The notes beneath the pieces are model-generated. The model was not told the origin of the DNA, did no database searches, and saw only the letters and a program-made list of their open reading frames with translations. DNA of 64,000 nt from Chitinophagales bacterium (lineage in GTDB: Bacteria > Bacteroidota > Bacteroidia > Chitinophagales > Chitinophagaceae), in the NCBI GenBank assembly GCA_015654595.1, contig JAATGQ010000125.1:1209-65208 (forward strand), given 5' to 3'. Every line of letters begins with the position of its first letter. Positions within the stretch are counted from its first letter, which is position 1. The position numbers were made by a program, and so were the translations under genes. Below, one piece after another: positions 17,334 to 26,443 of the stretch.

Positions 17334-19490
17334 TTAGTTACCCATTACGGATGTTCCGTCTTTTGCCGCGGTCTGATCTTTTGGCGCCAGCTTTATATCC
17401 TTGCCAAGGCGTTGCAGATAAGCGATCAGCGCTACGATCTCCTTTGTATCGGGAGTACTGATCTTATCGCCCTTCAGGGAAGCCTTTATGCTGTCTGCCT
17501 GTTTGAGCAGGTCGTGGTTGGCTTGCAGCGCATAGTTATCGGGATAAGGCACACCCAGCTTCTGCATCGCATGGATCATAGACTCAGTGCGGTTGGTGTC
17601 GATGTTGTCATCGAACAGCCAGTTGTAAGAAGGCATGATCGAACCGGGTGACATGGAAGGAGGATCAAGCAGGTGGTTGTAGTGCCAGCTGTCGGGATAC
17701 TTCCCGCCTACCCTCGCCAGATCGGGTCCTGTTCTTTTTGATCCCCATTGAAAAGGATGGTCGTAGACAAATTCACCGGCTTTGGAGTACTCGCCATAGC
17801 GGGCTACTTCGTCTCGGAAAGGACGTACCATCTGGGAGTGACAGAGGTAGCAGCCTTCGCGGATGTAGATATCACGACCATGCAATTCCAGTGGGGTGTA
17901 GGGTTTTACGCTACTGATGGTAGGAATATTGGATTTAACGAGGAAGGTTGGTATCATTTCGATCAAACCGCCGATGGCAACCGCAATAAGGCTGAATACA
18001 AGCATTTGCAGCGGACGTCTTTCGATCCAGCGGTGCCAGTAGGTCTTGCCGTGTGTTTCGGTCTCTGCTTCAGCAGCCGGCGCCTGTGCCAGTTCGTTGG
18101 CGGTGAAGTAACCTTGTTTTATCGTCTTGTGAAGGTTATACGCCATTACAAATACACCGGACAGATAGAGTGCGCCGCCGATGCTTCGGGTGACATACAT
18201 CGGGATAATATGTGTCACCGTCTCGAGGAACTGGAACTTCAGCTGTCCTTCTTCGGTAAAGCTCTTCCACATCATGCTTTGAGTGAATCCCGCCCAGTAT
18301 AGCGGTACAGTGTAAAGCACGATACCGATAGTCCCGATCCAGAAGTGAGTAGTGGCGAGCTTTTTCGAGTACAGCGGCGTATTCCACATTTTTGGGATCA
18401 GGTAGTAGAGCACGCTGAAGGTCAGGAAGCCATTCCATCCCAGGGCGCCGACGTGTACGTGTGCGATGGTCCAGTCGGTAAAGTGAGAGATGGTGTTGAC
18501 GCTTTTAAGACTGAGCATGGGTCCTTCAAAAGTGGCCATGCCATAGCAGGTGATCGCGACGACCATAAACTTGAGCACGGGATCTTCTTTTACTTTATCC
18601 CATGCGCCGCGGAGGGTAAAGAGACCGTTTAGCATACCGCCCCAGCTAGGCGCCAGCAGCATGATAGAGAATACGACACCCAGCGACTGCGCCCAGTCGG
18701 GCAATGCGGTGTATAGCAAATGGTGAGGCCCTGCCCATATATAGATAAAGATAAGCGCCCAGAAGTGAATGATGGAAAGCCGATAGGAGTAGATCGGCCG
18801 ATTGGCGGCCTTTGGCAGGAAGTAGTACATCAGACCCAAATAGGGAGTGGTCAGGAAGAACGCAACGGCGTTATGGCCATACCACCATTGCACAAGCGCA
18901 TCCTGAACGCCGGCATACCAGCTATAGCTTTTCCAGAAAGAAACGGGCAATTCGATAGAGTTAACAATATGCAGCATCGCTACGGTGACCCAGGTGGCGA
19001 TATAAAACCAGATGGCGACATAGATATGCTTCTCGCGCCGTTGAAGGATGGTTCCGAACATATTAATGCCAAAGACGACCCATACAAGGGTGATGGCGAT
19101 ATCTAGCGGCCATTCCAGTTCGGCATATTCCTTACCTGTCGTCTTTCCCGCCCAAAGGGTGATGGCGCCAACGATGATGATCAGCTGCCAACCCCAGAAA
19201 TGGATAGCACTCAGGGTATTGCTGAACATCCTGGTCTTACAGAGTCTTTGCAGGGAATAGTAGACGCCCATAAAGATACCGTTACCCACAAAGGCAAAGA
19301 TCACGGCGTTGGTATGAACGGGGCGCATCCGGCCAAAGGTGGTGGCGGGGATACCCAGGTTCATAGACGGATAGTAGAGAGCAACGGCCGCCCACAGACC
19401 GGCGAGCATGCCGATGATGCCCCAGAAGACAACGGCGTAGGCAAATCGTTTAACCGTTTTGTTGTCGTAATAAAATTGTTCGAGTTGCAT
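17334..19490 (-). CDS. ccoN: cbb3-type cytochrome c oxidase subunit I/II fusion (CcoNO)
   Basis: QWWYGHNAVAFFLT, WAGPHH, HVHVGALGW, then EGCYLCHSQMVRP and WGSKRTGPDL; start at MQLEQ. Confidence 0.97.
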   Translation of the reverse strand: MQLEQFYYDNKTVKRFAYAVVFWGIIGMLAGLWAAVALYYPSMNLGIPATTFGRMRPVHTNAVIFAFVGNGIFMGVYYSLQRLCKTRMFSNTLSAIHFWGWQLIIIVGAITLWAGKTTGKEYAELEWPLDIAITLVWVVFGINMFGTILQRREKHIYVAIWFYIATWVTVAMLHIVNSIELPVSFWKSYSWYAGVQDALVQWWYGHNAVAFFLTTPYLGLMYYFLPKAANRPIYSYRLSIIHFWALIFIYIWAGPHHLLYTALPDWAQSLGVVFSIMLLAPSWGGMLNGLFTLRGAWDKVKEDPVLKFMVVAITCYGMATFEGPMLSLKSVNTISHFTDWTIAHVHVGALGWNGFLTFSVLYYLIPKMWNTPLYSKKLATTHFWIGTIGIVLYTVPLYWAGFTQSMMWKSFTEEGQLKFQFLETVTHIIPMYVTRSIGGALYLSGVFVMAYNLHKTIKQGYFTANELAQAPAAEAETETHGKTYWHRWIERRPLQMLVFSLIAVAIGGLIEMIPTFLVKSNIPTISSVKPYTPLELHGRDIYIREGCYLCHSQMVRPFRDEVARYGEYSKAGEFVYDHPFQWGSKRTGPDLARVGGKYPDSWHYNHLLDPPSMSPGSIMPSYNWLFDDNIDTNRTESMIHAMQKLGVPYPDNYALQANHDLLKQADSIKASLKGDKISTPDTKEIVALIAYLQRLGKDIKLAPKDQTAAKDGTSVMGN

Positions 19491-19501
19491 ATTGGGGTAT
19501 T

Positions 19502-19678
19502 TCAATTTTTATGAAGGTGTTCCGGATCTGTGATGAGTGGAGGGTCGTCGAATAAGATCCGTTGGGGTGGCGAAAAGCCGTCGTCATATTGTCTGTTCCT
19601 GACATTCCAGATAAATAACCCGAGGAAGACAAGGGCTACGGAGAGACTGGCTATCAGCAGGATGATGAGGACACTCAT
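19502..19678 (-). CDS. ccoS: cbb3-type oxidase assembly protein CcoS (58 aa)
   Basis: Manual translation MSVLIILLIASLSVALVFLGLFIWNVRNRQYDDGFSPPQRILFDD...; QYDD and RILFDD motifs. Confidence 0.9.
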   Translation of the reverse strand: MSVLIILLIASLSVALVFLGLFIWNVRNRQYDDGFSPPQRILFDDPPLITDPEHLHKN

Positions 19679-19706
19679 AAGTAAATGCGCTTAAAGAATA
19701 ATAGTG

Positions 19707-19771
19707 CAAAAGTATCGGGCGGCGGCGGAGCGCTGGATGACAGGGATCAAGGGAAAAACTGATTTTTCTCA
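19707..19771 (-). promoter_or_regulatory. tandem Fnr/FixK-like boxes plus -7 element of ccoS-ccoNO
   Basis: TGACAGGGATCA (19738) and TGATTTTTCTCA (19760), 22 bp apart; minus-strand TACTTTTG begins at 19714, 24 bp from the proximal box. Confidence 0.75.
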
Positions 19772-22339
19772 TTTTTGGGCTGTCGCGCTTGATCTGAGGC
19801 GCTTGCCGGATACATCAGGCGTGGCTGGTTTCGCCGATTTCCGCAGCAGCAGGCGTCCGGCCAATCCTGAACAGCTATAGGTAAGCAGCAATATGCTCAA
19901 TGAGCTTGCGGGCATCAGTATAGCGGCGACCAGCGGCGAAAGCTCGCCTCTGACGGCAAATGAAAGCCCCACGATATTGTATAGTATCGACACGATAAAG
20001 CTGGCCAGGATAATACGGTGTCCGGACCGGCAGAGCCGGATAAAAGCCGGCAGCTGCCATAGCTGACGCTCATTGAGGATGACGTCACTGGCAGGTGTGA
20101 AAGTGTTGTTGTCGGAAGAAAGCGCTATACCGACATTGCTCTGTCGCAGCGCACCGGCGTCGTTGAGGCCATCGCCTATAAACAGCACTTGTTTACCCGC
20201 GGCCTGCAGCTGGCTGATGTACCTCTCCTTGTCTGCGGGGGATTGATGAAAGAGGAGTTCAGCGTCGGGTCCGAATATTTCCTTCAGCCGCTGCTTTTCC
20301 CGGTCGGTATCTCCCGACAAAACGGAACAAGGCATGGGGAGTCGGCAGACTAGTTCGCCAATCCCCTCCCGGTAGTGGTTAGCGTAACGGAAGACGCCTT
20401 TATACTTCCCATCGATGGCGATGTGAACCGCCTGCCGGGAGTCGGGGTTGCCGGTGATAAAGGCTGAAGACCCGAGCCGGATATGATGGCCGGAGAAATA
20501 TCCCTCCAGACCTTTGCCGGGGATCTCCAGAAAATGGCTGACCGGGCCTTCGGGCTTTCCAGTAAAGAAAGCCGCCAACGCCTTACTATGCGGGTGAAGG
20601 GATTGGGATGCGATCGCAGCGATCGCATTTTTATCTTCGGGCGAAAGCGGCTTTCCTTCGAAGAAGATATCGGCCTTGGCGGAATCGGTAAGGGTTCCGG
20701 TTTTGTCAAAGACGATATGCGTCGTGGCAGCAATGCGCTCGATCGTCGGCGCGTTGCGCAGATAACATTGGTTCCTGGAAAGGATACGCAGCAGATTGCC
20801 ATTTGTAAAGGTTGTCGACAACAGCAGCGCACAGGGGCAGGCCACGATCAGCACGGCAGTGACGGCCGAGGCGATACGGGCAGGGTCATGAAAAGCCCAG
20901 AAGACGGCAGTCAGCGCGGCTATCGTAAAAAGTACATACGTAAAGTAGCGGCTCAGAATGTCAGAGGACGTGAGTGCAAAAGGCGAGCGCGCCGGCGCGG
21001 ACGCTCGCAGCCTGGTAGTTTGCGTGCTGGCGCTGGATGCTGTCTCTGATAGGGATGGCCGCAACGGCGCGGCTGGTGCGGGCTTCTCCTGCCGGTCCCA
21101 CAGCTGCGTCAGATAACTCTGCACCACTTCTTTGACGACAAGCACCTCTATCGACGAACCGGTCTGCCGGCCGCCGGCATACACCAGCTCGCCTATCTCC
21201 CGGGCAACAGGCGCCGATTCCCCGGTCACAAAACTATAGTCGATCAACGCCTTTCCGCGGGTAAGGATGCCATCGGCCGGGATCAGCTCGCCGTTATGGA
21301 TAAGGAGCGTGTCGCCTGACCGGATATCGGGGAGCGCCTTTACGGTTGGACCGGGCACGCCAACGCGCGATGAATCAGCGGCTGGCGCGACAATACTCAC
21401 AGCCATCGGAAAATAGGCCGTATAATCCCGCTCGAAAGAAAGCTGTCGGTAAGTCTTATCCTGCAACACACGACCGGCCAGCATAAAGAATACGATCCCG
21501 CTCATCGAGTCGAAATAACCCGACCCTGTTCCGGACAGCACCTCCCAGACGCTGCGGGAAAAAGTGACCCAGATGGCCAGCACGATGGGCGCATCGATAT
21601 TCAACAGCCCGCGGCGAAGACTGCCCCAGGCCGAACGATAAAATGGTATCGAGCTATAAAATAAAATGGGCAATGCCAGCACAAAACTGATATACCGAAA
21701 AGCCGTCTGCAGCGCCTTATCGGAAGCATCGGAACTGACCTTAAGTCCCAGGTATTCGGGAAAACACAGCAGCATGATATTGCCAAAACAGAATCCGGCT
21801 ACACCCAGCTGATAGACCATGGACCTGGACAGGCCGGGACGGCTTTGCCCCAGATCATGAAGACTGATATAAGGTTCATAGCCCAGACTGGCAAGGAGCT
21901 CTACGACCTGCCTCAGACTTATCTGCTGCTGGCGGAAGACAACAGATATTTTTTTGGCGGTAAAATCGATACGTGACGCTATCACGCCAGGCTCCAGCCG
22001 ATGAAGGTTTTCCAGCAGATAAAGACAGGAGCTGCAATGGATCTGTGGGAGGTAAAGCGTTGTATGGGTCTCTGTCTCATTTTTAAAGGACACCAGCGCC
22101 GTATTCATTTTTTCCTCGTCGAGAAACGCAAATTTATCCTTGCGGACCGAAAGACGGAGATTGATACCGGGATGATCATTCAGCTGGTAGTATTGGCATA
22201 GACCTCTTTCATCCAGCAGCTGATAAACCATCCGGCATCCCTGACAGCAAAACGATTTGTCGTCTAGCCAAATATCGTCTGTCGGGCAGGGTTCTCCGCA
22301 ATGCGTACAAAGGAGCGCTGATTCGGTAAGAGTTTCCAT
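19769..22339 (-). CDS. ccoI: heavy-metal (Cu) P1B-type ATPase CcoI/FixI
   Basis: CxHCG..CCxGC N-terminal domain, HCSSC HMA domain, TGES, CPC, DKTGT, GDGLND. Confidence 0.93.
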   Translation of the reverse strand: METLTESALLCTHCGEPCPTDDIWLDDKSFCCQGCRMVYQLLDERGLCQYYQLNDHPGINLRLSVRKDKFAFLDEEKMNTALVSFKNETETHTTLYLPQIHCSSCLYLLENLHRLEPGVIASRIDFTAKKISVVFRQQQISLRQVVELLASLGYEPYISLHDLGQSRPGLSRSMVYQLGVAGFCFGNIMLLCFPEYLGLKVSSDASDKALQTAFRYISFVLALPILFYSSIPFYRSAWGSLRRGLLNIDAPIVLAIWVTFSRSVWEVLSGTGSGYFDSMSGIVFFMLAGRVLQDKTYRQLSFERDYTAYFPMAVSIVAPAADSSRVGVPGPTVKALPDIRSGDTLLIHNGELIPADGILTRGKALIDYSFVTGESAPVAREIGELVYAGGRQTGSSIEVLVVKEVVQSYLTQLWDRQEKPAPAAPLRPSLSETASSASTQTTRLRASAPARSPFALTSSDILSRYFTYVLFTIAALTAVFWAFHDPARIASAVTAVLIVACPCALLLSTTFTNGNLLRILSRNQCYLRNAPTIERIAATTHIVFDKTGTLTDSAKADIFFEGKPLSPEDKNAIAAIASQSLHPHSKALAAFFTGKPEGPVSHFLEIPGKGLEGYFSGHHIRLGSSAFITGNPDSRQAVHIAIDGKYKGVFRYANHYREGIGELVCRLPMPCSVLSGDTDREKQRLKEIFGPDAELLFHQSPADKERYISQLQAAGKQVLFIGDGLNDAGALRQSNVGIALSSDNNTFTPASDVILNERQLWQLPAFIRLCRSGHRIILASFIVSILYNIVGLSFAVRGELSPLVAAILMPASSLSILLLTYSCSGLAGRLLLRKSAKPATPDVSGKRLRSSATAQK

Positions 22340-22356
22340 GTGCGTCGAATAATGCG

Positions 22357-22421
22357 GCAAAGTAGCCCGTGTGGTTAATACGGGGCCTGACCGTTATCAG
22401 GGAAATTTATGATCCTGGTCA
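22357..22421 (-). promoter_or_regulatory. tandem Fnr/FixK-like boxes plus -7-like element of ccoI (divergent from the regulator)
   Basis: TGACCGTTATCA (22388) and TGATCCTGGTCA (22410), 22 bp apart; minus-strand TACTTTGC begins at 22364, 24 bp away. Confidence 0.75.
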
Positions 22422-22490
22422 ACCTGTAGGGTGAATTATATTGTTTACAATTGCGGATCAATTACCTTTGATTACTTAAACAGTTATTCC

Positions 22491-23531
22491 ATGCGCAAGC
22501 TGCTGGTCATTGACGATCATGATGATATCCGGGAAAATATCGCTGAGATCCTGGGCCTCGCCGGTTACGAAGTTATCACCGCAGAAAACGGGAAAAGGGG
22601 AGTCGAAAAAGCCTTGAAAGAACATCCGGAACTGGTTATCTGCGATATCATGATGCCGGAGCTGGATGGTTATGGCGTGCTGCATCTGTTGCGCAAGAAT
22701 GCGGCAACGGAGAATGTACCTTTTATTTTCCTGACGGCCAGGACGGAGCGGCAGGATTTCCGTAAGGGTATGGAAATGGGCGCGGATGATTATATCACAA
22801 AACCTTTTGATGATATCGAACTGCTGAATGCGATCGAGATCCGGCTAAAAAAGTACGATATCTTACAGGGCAAATATGCAGATGACGAGAAAGGCGTAAG
22901 CGGTCTGATCACCGACCTGAATGCGTCCGGGATGTTAAAGCTCGATCCGAACAACTATGAAGAAGAAGAGTTGGGTAAGAAGCTCACGGTCTACCTGGAA
23001 GGACGACGGCCAAAATATCTTTATTTTCTCAGGAAGGGCAAGGTAAAAGCCTATCGGGTGCATGAAGACGGGAAGGAGTATATCACCAATCTATACACGG
23101 AAGGTGATTATATTGGTTATCTGCCGATCCTGGAGAATAAGGTGTATGAAGATTCGGCCGTGGTGCTGGAAGATGCGGTCCTGGCAAGAATCCCGCGGGA
23201 CGAGTTCATGGACCTGTTGTTTAAAGATATCCATATCGCTACGAAGTTTATCCGGCTGATCGCGCAAAATGTCCAGGAAAAGGAGGAAAGATTGCTCAGC
23301 CTGGCTTATGGATCGCTGCGGAAACGGGTGGCGAAGGCGCTGCTGGATATTCATGCCAAGTTTGGCGTAGTCCTTGATATTTCGCGGGAAGATATTGCCC
23401 AGTATGTTGGGACGGCGACGGAGTCGTTGATCCGAACGCTGAGTGATTTTAAATCGGAGAAGCTGATCGATATAAAAGAAGGGAAGATACGAATATCGGA
23501 CATCCAGAAACTCCAAAACATGTTATACTAA
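22491..23531 (+). CDS. response regulator with receiver + cNMP-binding + Crp/Fnr HTH domains
   Basis: LLVIDD..CDIMMP..KPF receiver; SREDIAQYVGTATESLIRTLS Crp HTH; start at MRKLL after TACCTTTG (22463). Confidence 0.92.
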   Translation: MRKLLVIDDHDDIRENIAEILGLAGYEVITAENGKRGVEKALKEHPELVICDIMMPELDGYGVLHLLRKNAATENVPFIFLTARTERQDFRKGMEMGADDYITKPFDDIELLNAIEIRLKKYDILQGKYADDEKGVSGLITDLNASGMLKLDPNNYEEEELGKKLTVYLEGRRPKYLYFLRKGKVKAYRVHEDGKEYITNLYTEGDYIGYLPILENKVYEDSAVVLEDAVLARIPRDEFMDLLFKDIHIATKFIRLIAQNVQEKEERLLSLAYGSLRKRVAKALLDIHAKFGVVLDISREDIAQYVGTATESLIRTLSDFKSEKLIDIKEGKIRISDIQKLQNMLY

Positions 23532-23561
23532 AAATGGCCCGGAGTATTCCGGGCCATTTTT
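23531..23561. terminator. bidirectional rho-independent terminator
   Basis: AAAATGGCCCGGA-GTAT-TCCGGGCCATTTTT between convergent genes. Confidence 0.85.
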
Positions 23562-23571
23562 CACCGGCCCC

Positions 23572-24876
23572 TCACACTACAGAGGCCGTATTAATTGGCC
23601 GGAGGAATCGCATGTAAAATGATTTGTCCAGCTCTTCCCGGTGGTCGGGGTGAGCGATACTGATCAGCGCCTGGGCCCGCTGCTTCATATTCTTTCCATA
23701 AAGATTTACTTTTCCAAATTCTGTTACGACCCAGTGCACATGGCCGCGGGTAGTGACCACGCCTGCGCCTTCTTTCAGAAACGGCACAATACGGGAGATG
23801 CCTTTGGAAGTCGTAGAAGGCATCGCGATGATAGGCAGTCCGTTTTCGGAAAGGGAAGCGCCGCGGATAAAGTCCGCCTGACCACCGATACCCGAATACT
23901 GGTAAGTCCCCATCGAGTCCGCGCAGACCTGGCCGGTGAGGTCGATCTCTACGGCGCTGTTGATAGCGGTGACTTTGGGATTCTGACGGATGATGCTGGT
24001 GTCGTTGACATAGGCAATATCCATCACCCGGATCTCGGGATTGTCGTCTACGAAATCAAAGAGACGTCGGGTTCCATTCATAAACGAGGTGACAGAGCGG
24101 CCAGGGTTTAGCTTTTTCCGGCGATTGTTTATGACGCCGCTTTCGATCAACGGGATAACCCCATCCGAAAGCATTTCGGTATGCAGCCCCAGGTCTTTGT
24201 GCCCGGTCAGGTTTTTCAACACCTGATCCGGGATATTCCCAATTCCCATCTGCAGGGTGGCGCCGTCTTCGATCAGCGAGGCTACGTGCTCGCCGATCTT
24301 TTCCACCGTAAAATTGGAGGAACCGGCATAATTCAACTCCGGCAGTTCAGCAGGCTGCCATACCAATGAATCGATGTCCCGGATGTGGATGAATCCGTCT
24401 CCATGTGTTCGGGGCATACGGGGGTTGACCTGTGCGATAATATGTCTTGCCGTGTCGACGGCAGCACGGGCGATATCGACCGAAGTACCAAGGGTGCAGT
24501 AACCGTGTTTATCGGGCGTAGAGACCTGGATCAATGCTACGTCGATCGGAAGAATGTTCTTCTTGAAGAGTCTGGGTATCTCGCTCAGAAAGATGGGTAC
24601 ATAATCCCCGTCGAGGGTATTACAGACGGAACGTGTAGCAGCGGATACAAACAGGGAGTTCACAAAAAAACTTTCCCGCCACAGGGGGTTGTCGAAGTCC
24701 AGCTCGCCCATCGTGGTAATACTGACGAGTTCGACATGATGAAGTTCATTATGACGGGCCTGCAGCGCTTTTACCAGATGGACAGGGGTTGCGGCACTGC
24801 CGTGTATAAAGACCCGATCGCCGCTGTTTACGGCCTGAAGCGCTTTTTCTGCAGAGACGTATTGTATGAGTGACAT
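23572..24876 (-). CDS. acetyl-CoA hydrolase/transferase family protein (4-hydroxybutyrate CoA-transferase-like)
   Basis: LQMGIGNIP, HTEM, SGIGGQADF, VVTEFG, IAHPDHRE. Confidence 0.92.
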   Translation of the reverse strand: MSLIQYVSAEKALQAVNSGDRVFIHGSAATPVHLVKALQARHNELHHVELVSITTMGELDFDNPLWRESFFVNSLFVSAATRSVCNTLDGDYVPIFLSEIPRLFKKNILPIDVALIQVSTPDKHGYCTLGTSVDIARAAVDTARHIIAQVNPRMPRTHGDGFIHIRDIDSLVWQPAELPELNYAGSSNFTVEKIGEHVASLIEDGATLQMGIGNIPDQVLKNLTGHKDLGLHTEMLSDGVIPLIESGVINNRRKKLNPGRSVTSFMNGTRRLFDFVDDNPEIRVMDIAYVNDTSIIRQNPKVTAINSAVEIDLTGQVCADSMGTYQYSGIGGQADFIRGASLSENGLPIIAMPSTTSKGISRIVPFLKEGAGVVTTRGHVHWVVTEFGKVNLYGKNMKQRAQALISIAHPDHREELDKSFYMRFLRPINTASVV

Positions 24877-24915
24877 AAGAATATTTTTATGATGAGATAT
24901 TTTTATTTATAAGGA

Positions 24916-26331
24916 TCAGATCGCGTTGCTAAAAAGGGGCTTGCTGATTCCCGTAAGGGTTGCTTTTCCGCAAAGCGTTGGGTTTTCTGTACGGGCTTCT
25001 TCATCGCGAAGCAGGCGCAGATCAAAGGCTTTGCAGCAGTGACGCAGAAAGGGGCGGCCTGCTTCCGTCAGCGAAACGCCGTTGTTGTCGAGATGGACCA
25101 GCCCATCTTTTTCCAGATCACGAAGACGAGGCAGCGTATAGCGCTGGAGCACACCGGACCAGCGTTCGTCAAACCGGGTATATCCTTTACAGGCGATGTC
25201 GAGAATATGCTGGCGGAAGACAAGGTCTTCCTGTGACAGGAAATAATTCTTTGCTATAGCTAAATGTCCTTCGTTGACCGAGCGATAATAGCCGGTAATG
25301 CTCTTGTCGTTCTGCGCAAAGGCTGAGCCGATATCACTGATCGCGGATACGCCAAGGCCGATCAGCAGACCGCTGTTCTGTGTCGTATAACCCATAAAGT
25401 TCCGATGGAGGCGGCCGGTTCCCGCGGCCTTGAACAACTCGTCACCCGGCAGCGCAAAGTGATCCATGCCGATGTTGGCATAGCCGTTACTGGTAAAGAG
25501 TTCTTTTCCCAGCAGGTAAAGATCCAGCTTCCCGGAAGCGGTTGGCAGCTGCGACTCATCGATGAGACGCTGCGAGCAGTTGATCCAGGGGGTGTGGGCA
25601 TAGCTGTAAAAGGCGATGCGGTCGGGGCGAAGGCTGAGGATCTGGGTGATGGTGTGGAGAAGTCTGGCAGCTGTCTGGGCTGGCAGACCATAAACAATAT
25701 CAAAATTGACTGCCGTAAAGCCGGCCCTTCTTGCGGCGTCGGTTGCGCGCCGCAGGTCTTCAAAGGACTGTATACGGTGGATAGCCTGCTGAACTTCCGG
25801 GTTCAGATCCTGGACGCCATAGCTGATCCGGCGAAATCCCAGGCGGTACAGGGTTTCGAGGTGTGCGGGACTTGTATTGGAAGGATGACCTTCGATGCTG
25901 AAAGAATGATCAGGATGAACGATCGCATCTTTCAGGATGGAAGACAACATCCTCTCCAGGTTTGCAGGGCTAAAGAAGGTCGGAGTACCACCCCCCAGAT
26001 GTATCTCGCGGATAACCGGGGGTTGGGACTCCATCATTTCTGTGTACATACTCCATTCCTTCTGAATGGCGCGAACGTATTCTTCTTCGACTTTATGGTT
26101 GGCAGTGATCTTTTTGTTGCAGCCGCAATAGATGCAAAGCGATTCGCAAAAGGGCAGGTGGATATAAAGGCTGATGCCTTCTGTTTCGTTTTTTATCCGA
26201 AACATATCGCTAAAATTCTTCTTCCAACGGCCCGGGTTGGGTTGGTCGTTCCAAAACGGAACGGTCGGATAGCTGGTGTAGCGTGGAACCGGCTGGTTGT
26301 ATTTGAGCAGAAGGCTGTCTGTGTTGATCAC
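24916..26331 (-). CDS. hemN: oxygen-independent coproporphyrinogen III oxidase
   Basis: PRYTSYPT, CESLCIYCGC radical-SAM motif, GGGTPT, RNFMGY; GTG start chosen downstream of the -7 box. Confidence 0.93.
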   Translation of the reverse strand: MINTDSLLLKYNQPVPRYTSYPTVPFWNDQPNPGRWKKNFSDMFRIKNETEGISLYIHLPFCESLCIYCGCNKKITANHKVEEEYVRAIQKEWSMYTEMMESQPPVIREIHLGGGTPTFFSPANLERMLSSILKDAIVHPDHSFSIEGHPSNTSPAHLETLYRLGFRRISYGVQDLNPEVQQAIHRIQSFEDLRRATDAARRAGFTAVNFDIVYGLPAQTAARLLHTITQILSLRPDRIAFYSYAHTPWINCSQRLIDESQLPTASGKLDLYLLGKELFTSNGYANIGMDHFALPGDELFKAAGTGRLHRNFMGYTTQNSGLLIGLGVSAISDIGSAFAQNDKSITGYYRSVNEGHLAIAKNYFLSQEDLVFRQHILDIACKGYTRFDERWSGVLQRYTLPRLRDLEKDGLVHLDNNGVSLTEAGRPFLRHCCKAFDLRLLRDEEARTENPTLCGKATLTGISKPLFSNAI

Positions 26332-26346
26332 TGGAAAAAAATTTCT

Positions 26347-26411
26347 CAAAAGTAACTTCCATGACAGGCGTGGGAAATGATGCACATCACCCCTAAAAAT
26401 GATTTCGATCA
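26347..26411 (-). promoter_or_regulatory. tandem Fnr/FixK-like boxes plus -7 element of hemN
   Basis: TGATGCACATCA (26378) and TGATTTCGATCA (26400), 22 bp apart; minus-strand TACTTTTG begins at 26354, 24 bp away. Confidence 0.78.
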
Positions 26412-26443
26412 TTTTGGGACAAAAATGCCAGTTAATACACCAA

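Noticed and set aside
17334-19490. CcoN-CcoO fusion as a novelty
   Set aside because: Already known as the usual arrangement in Bacteroidota.
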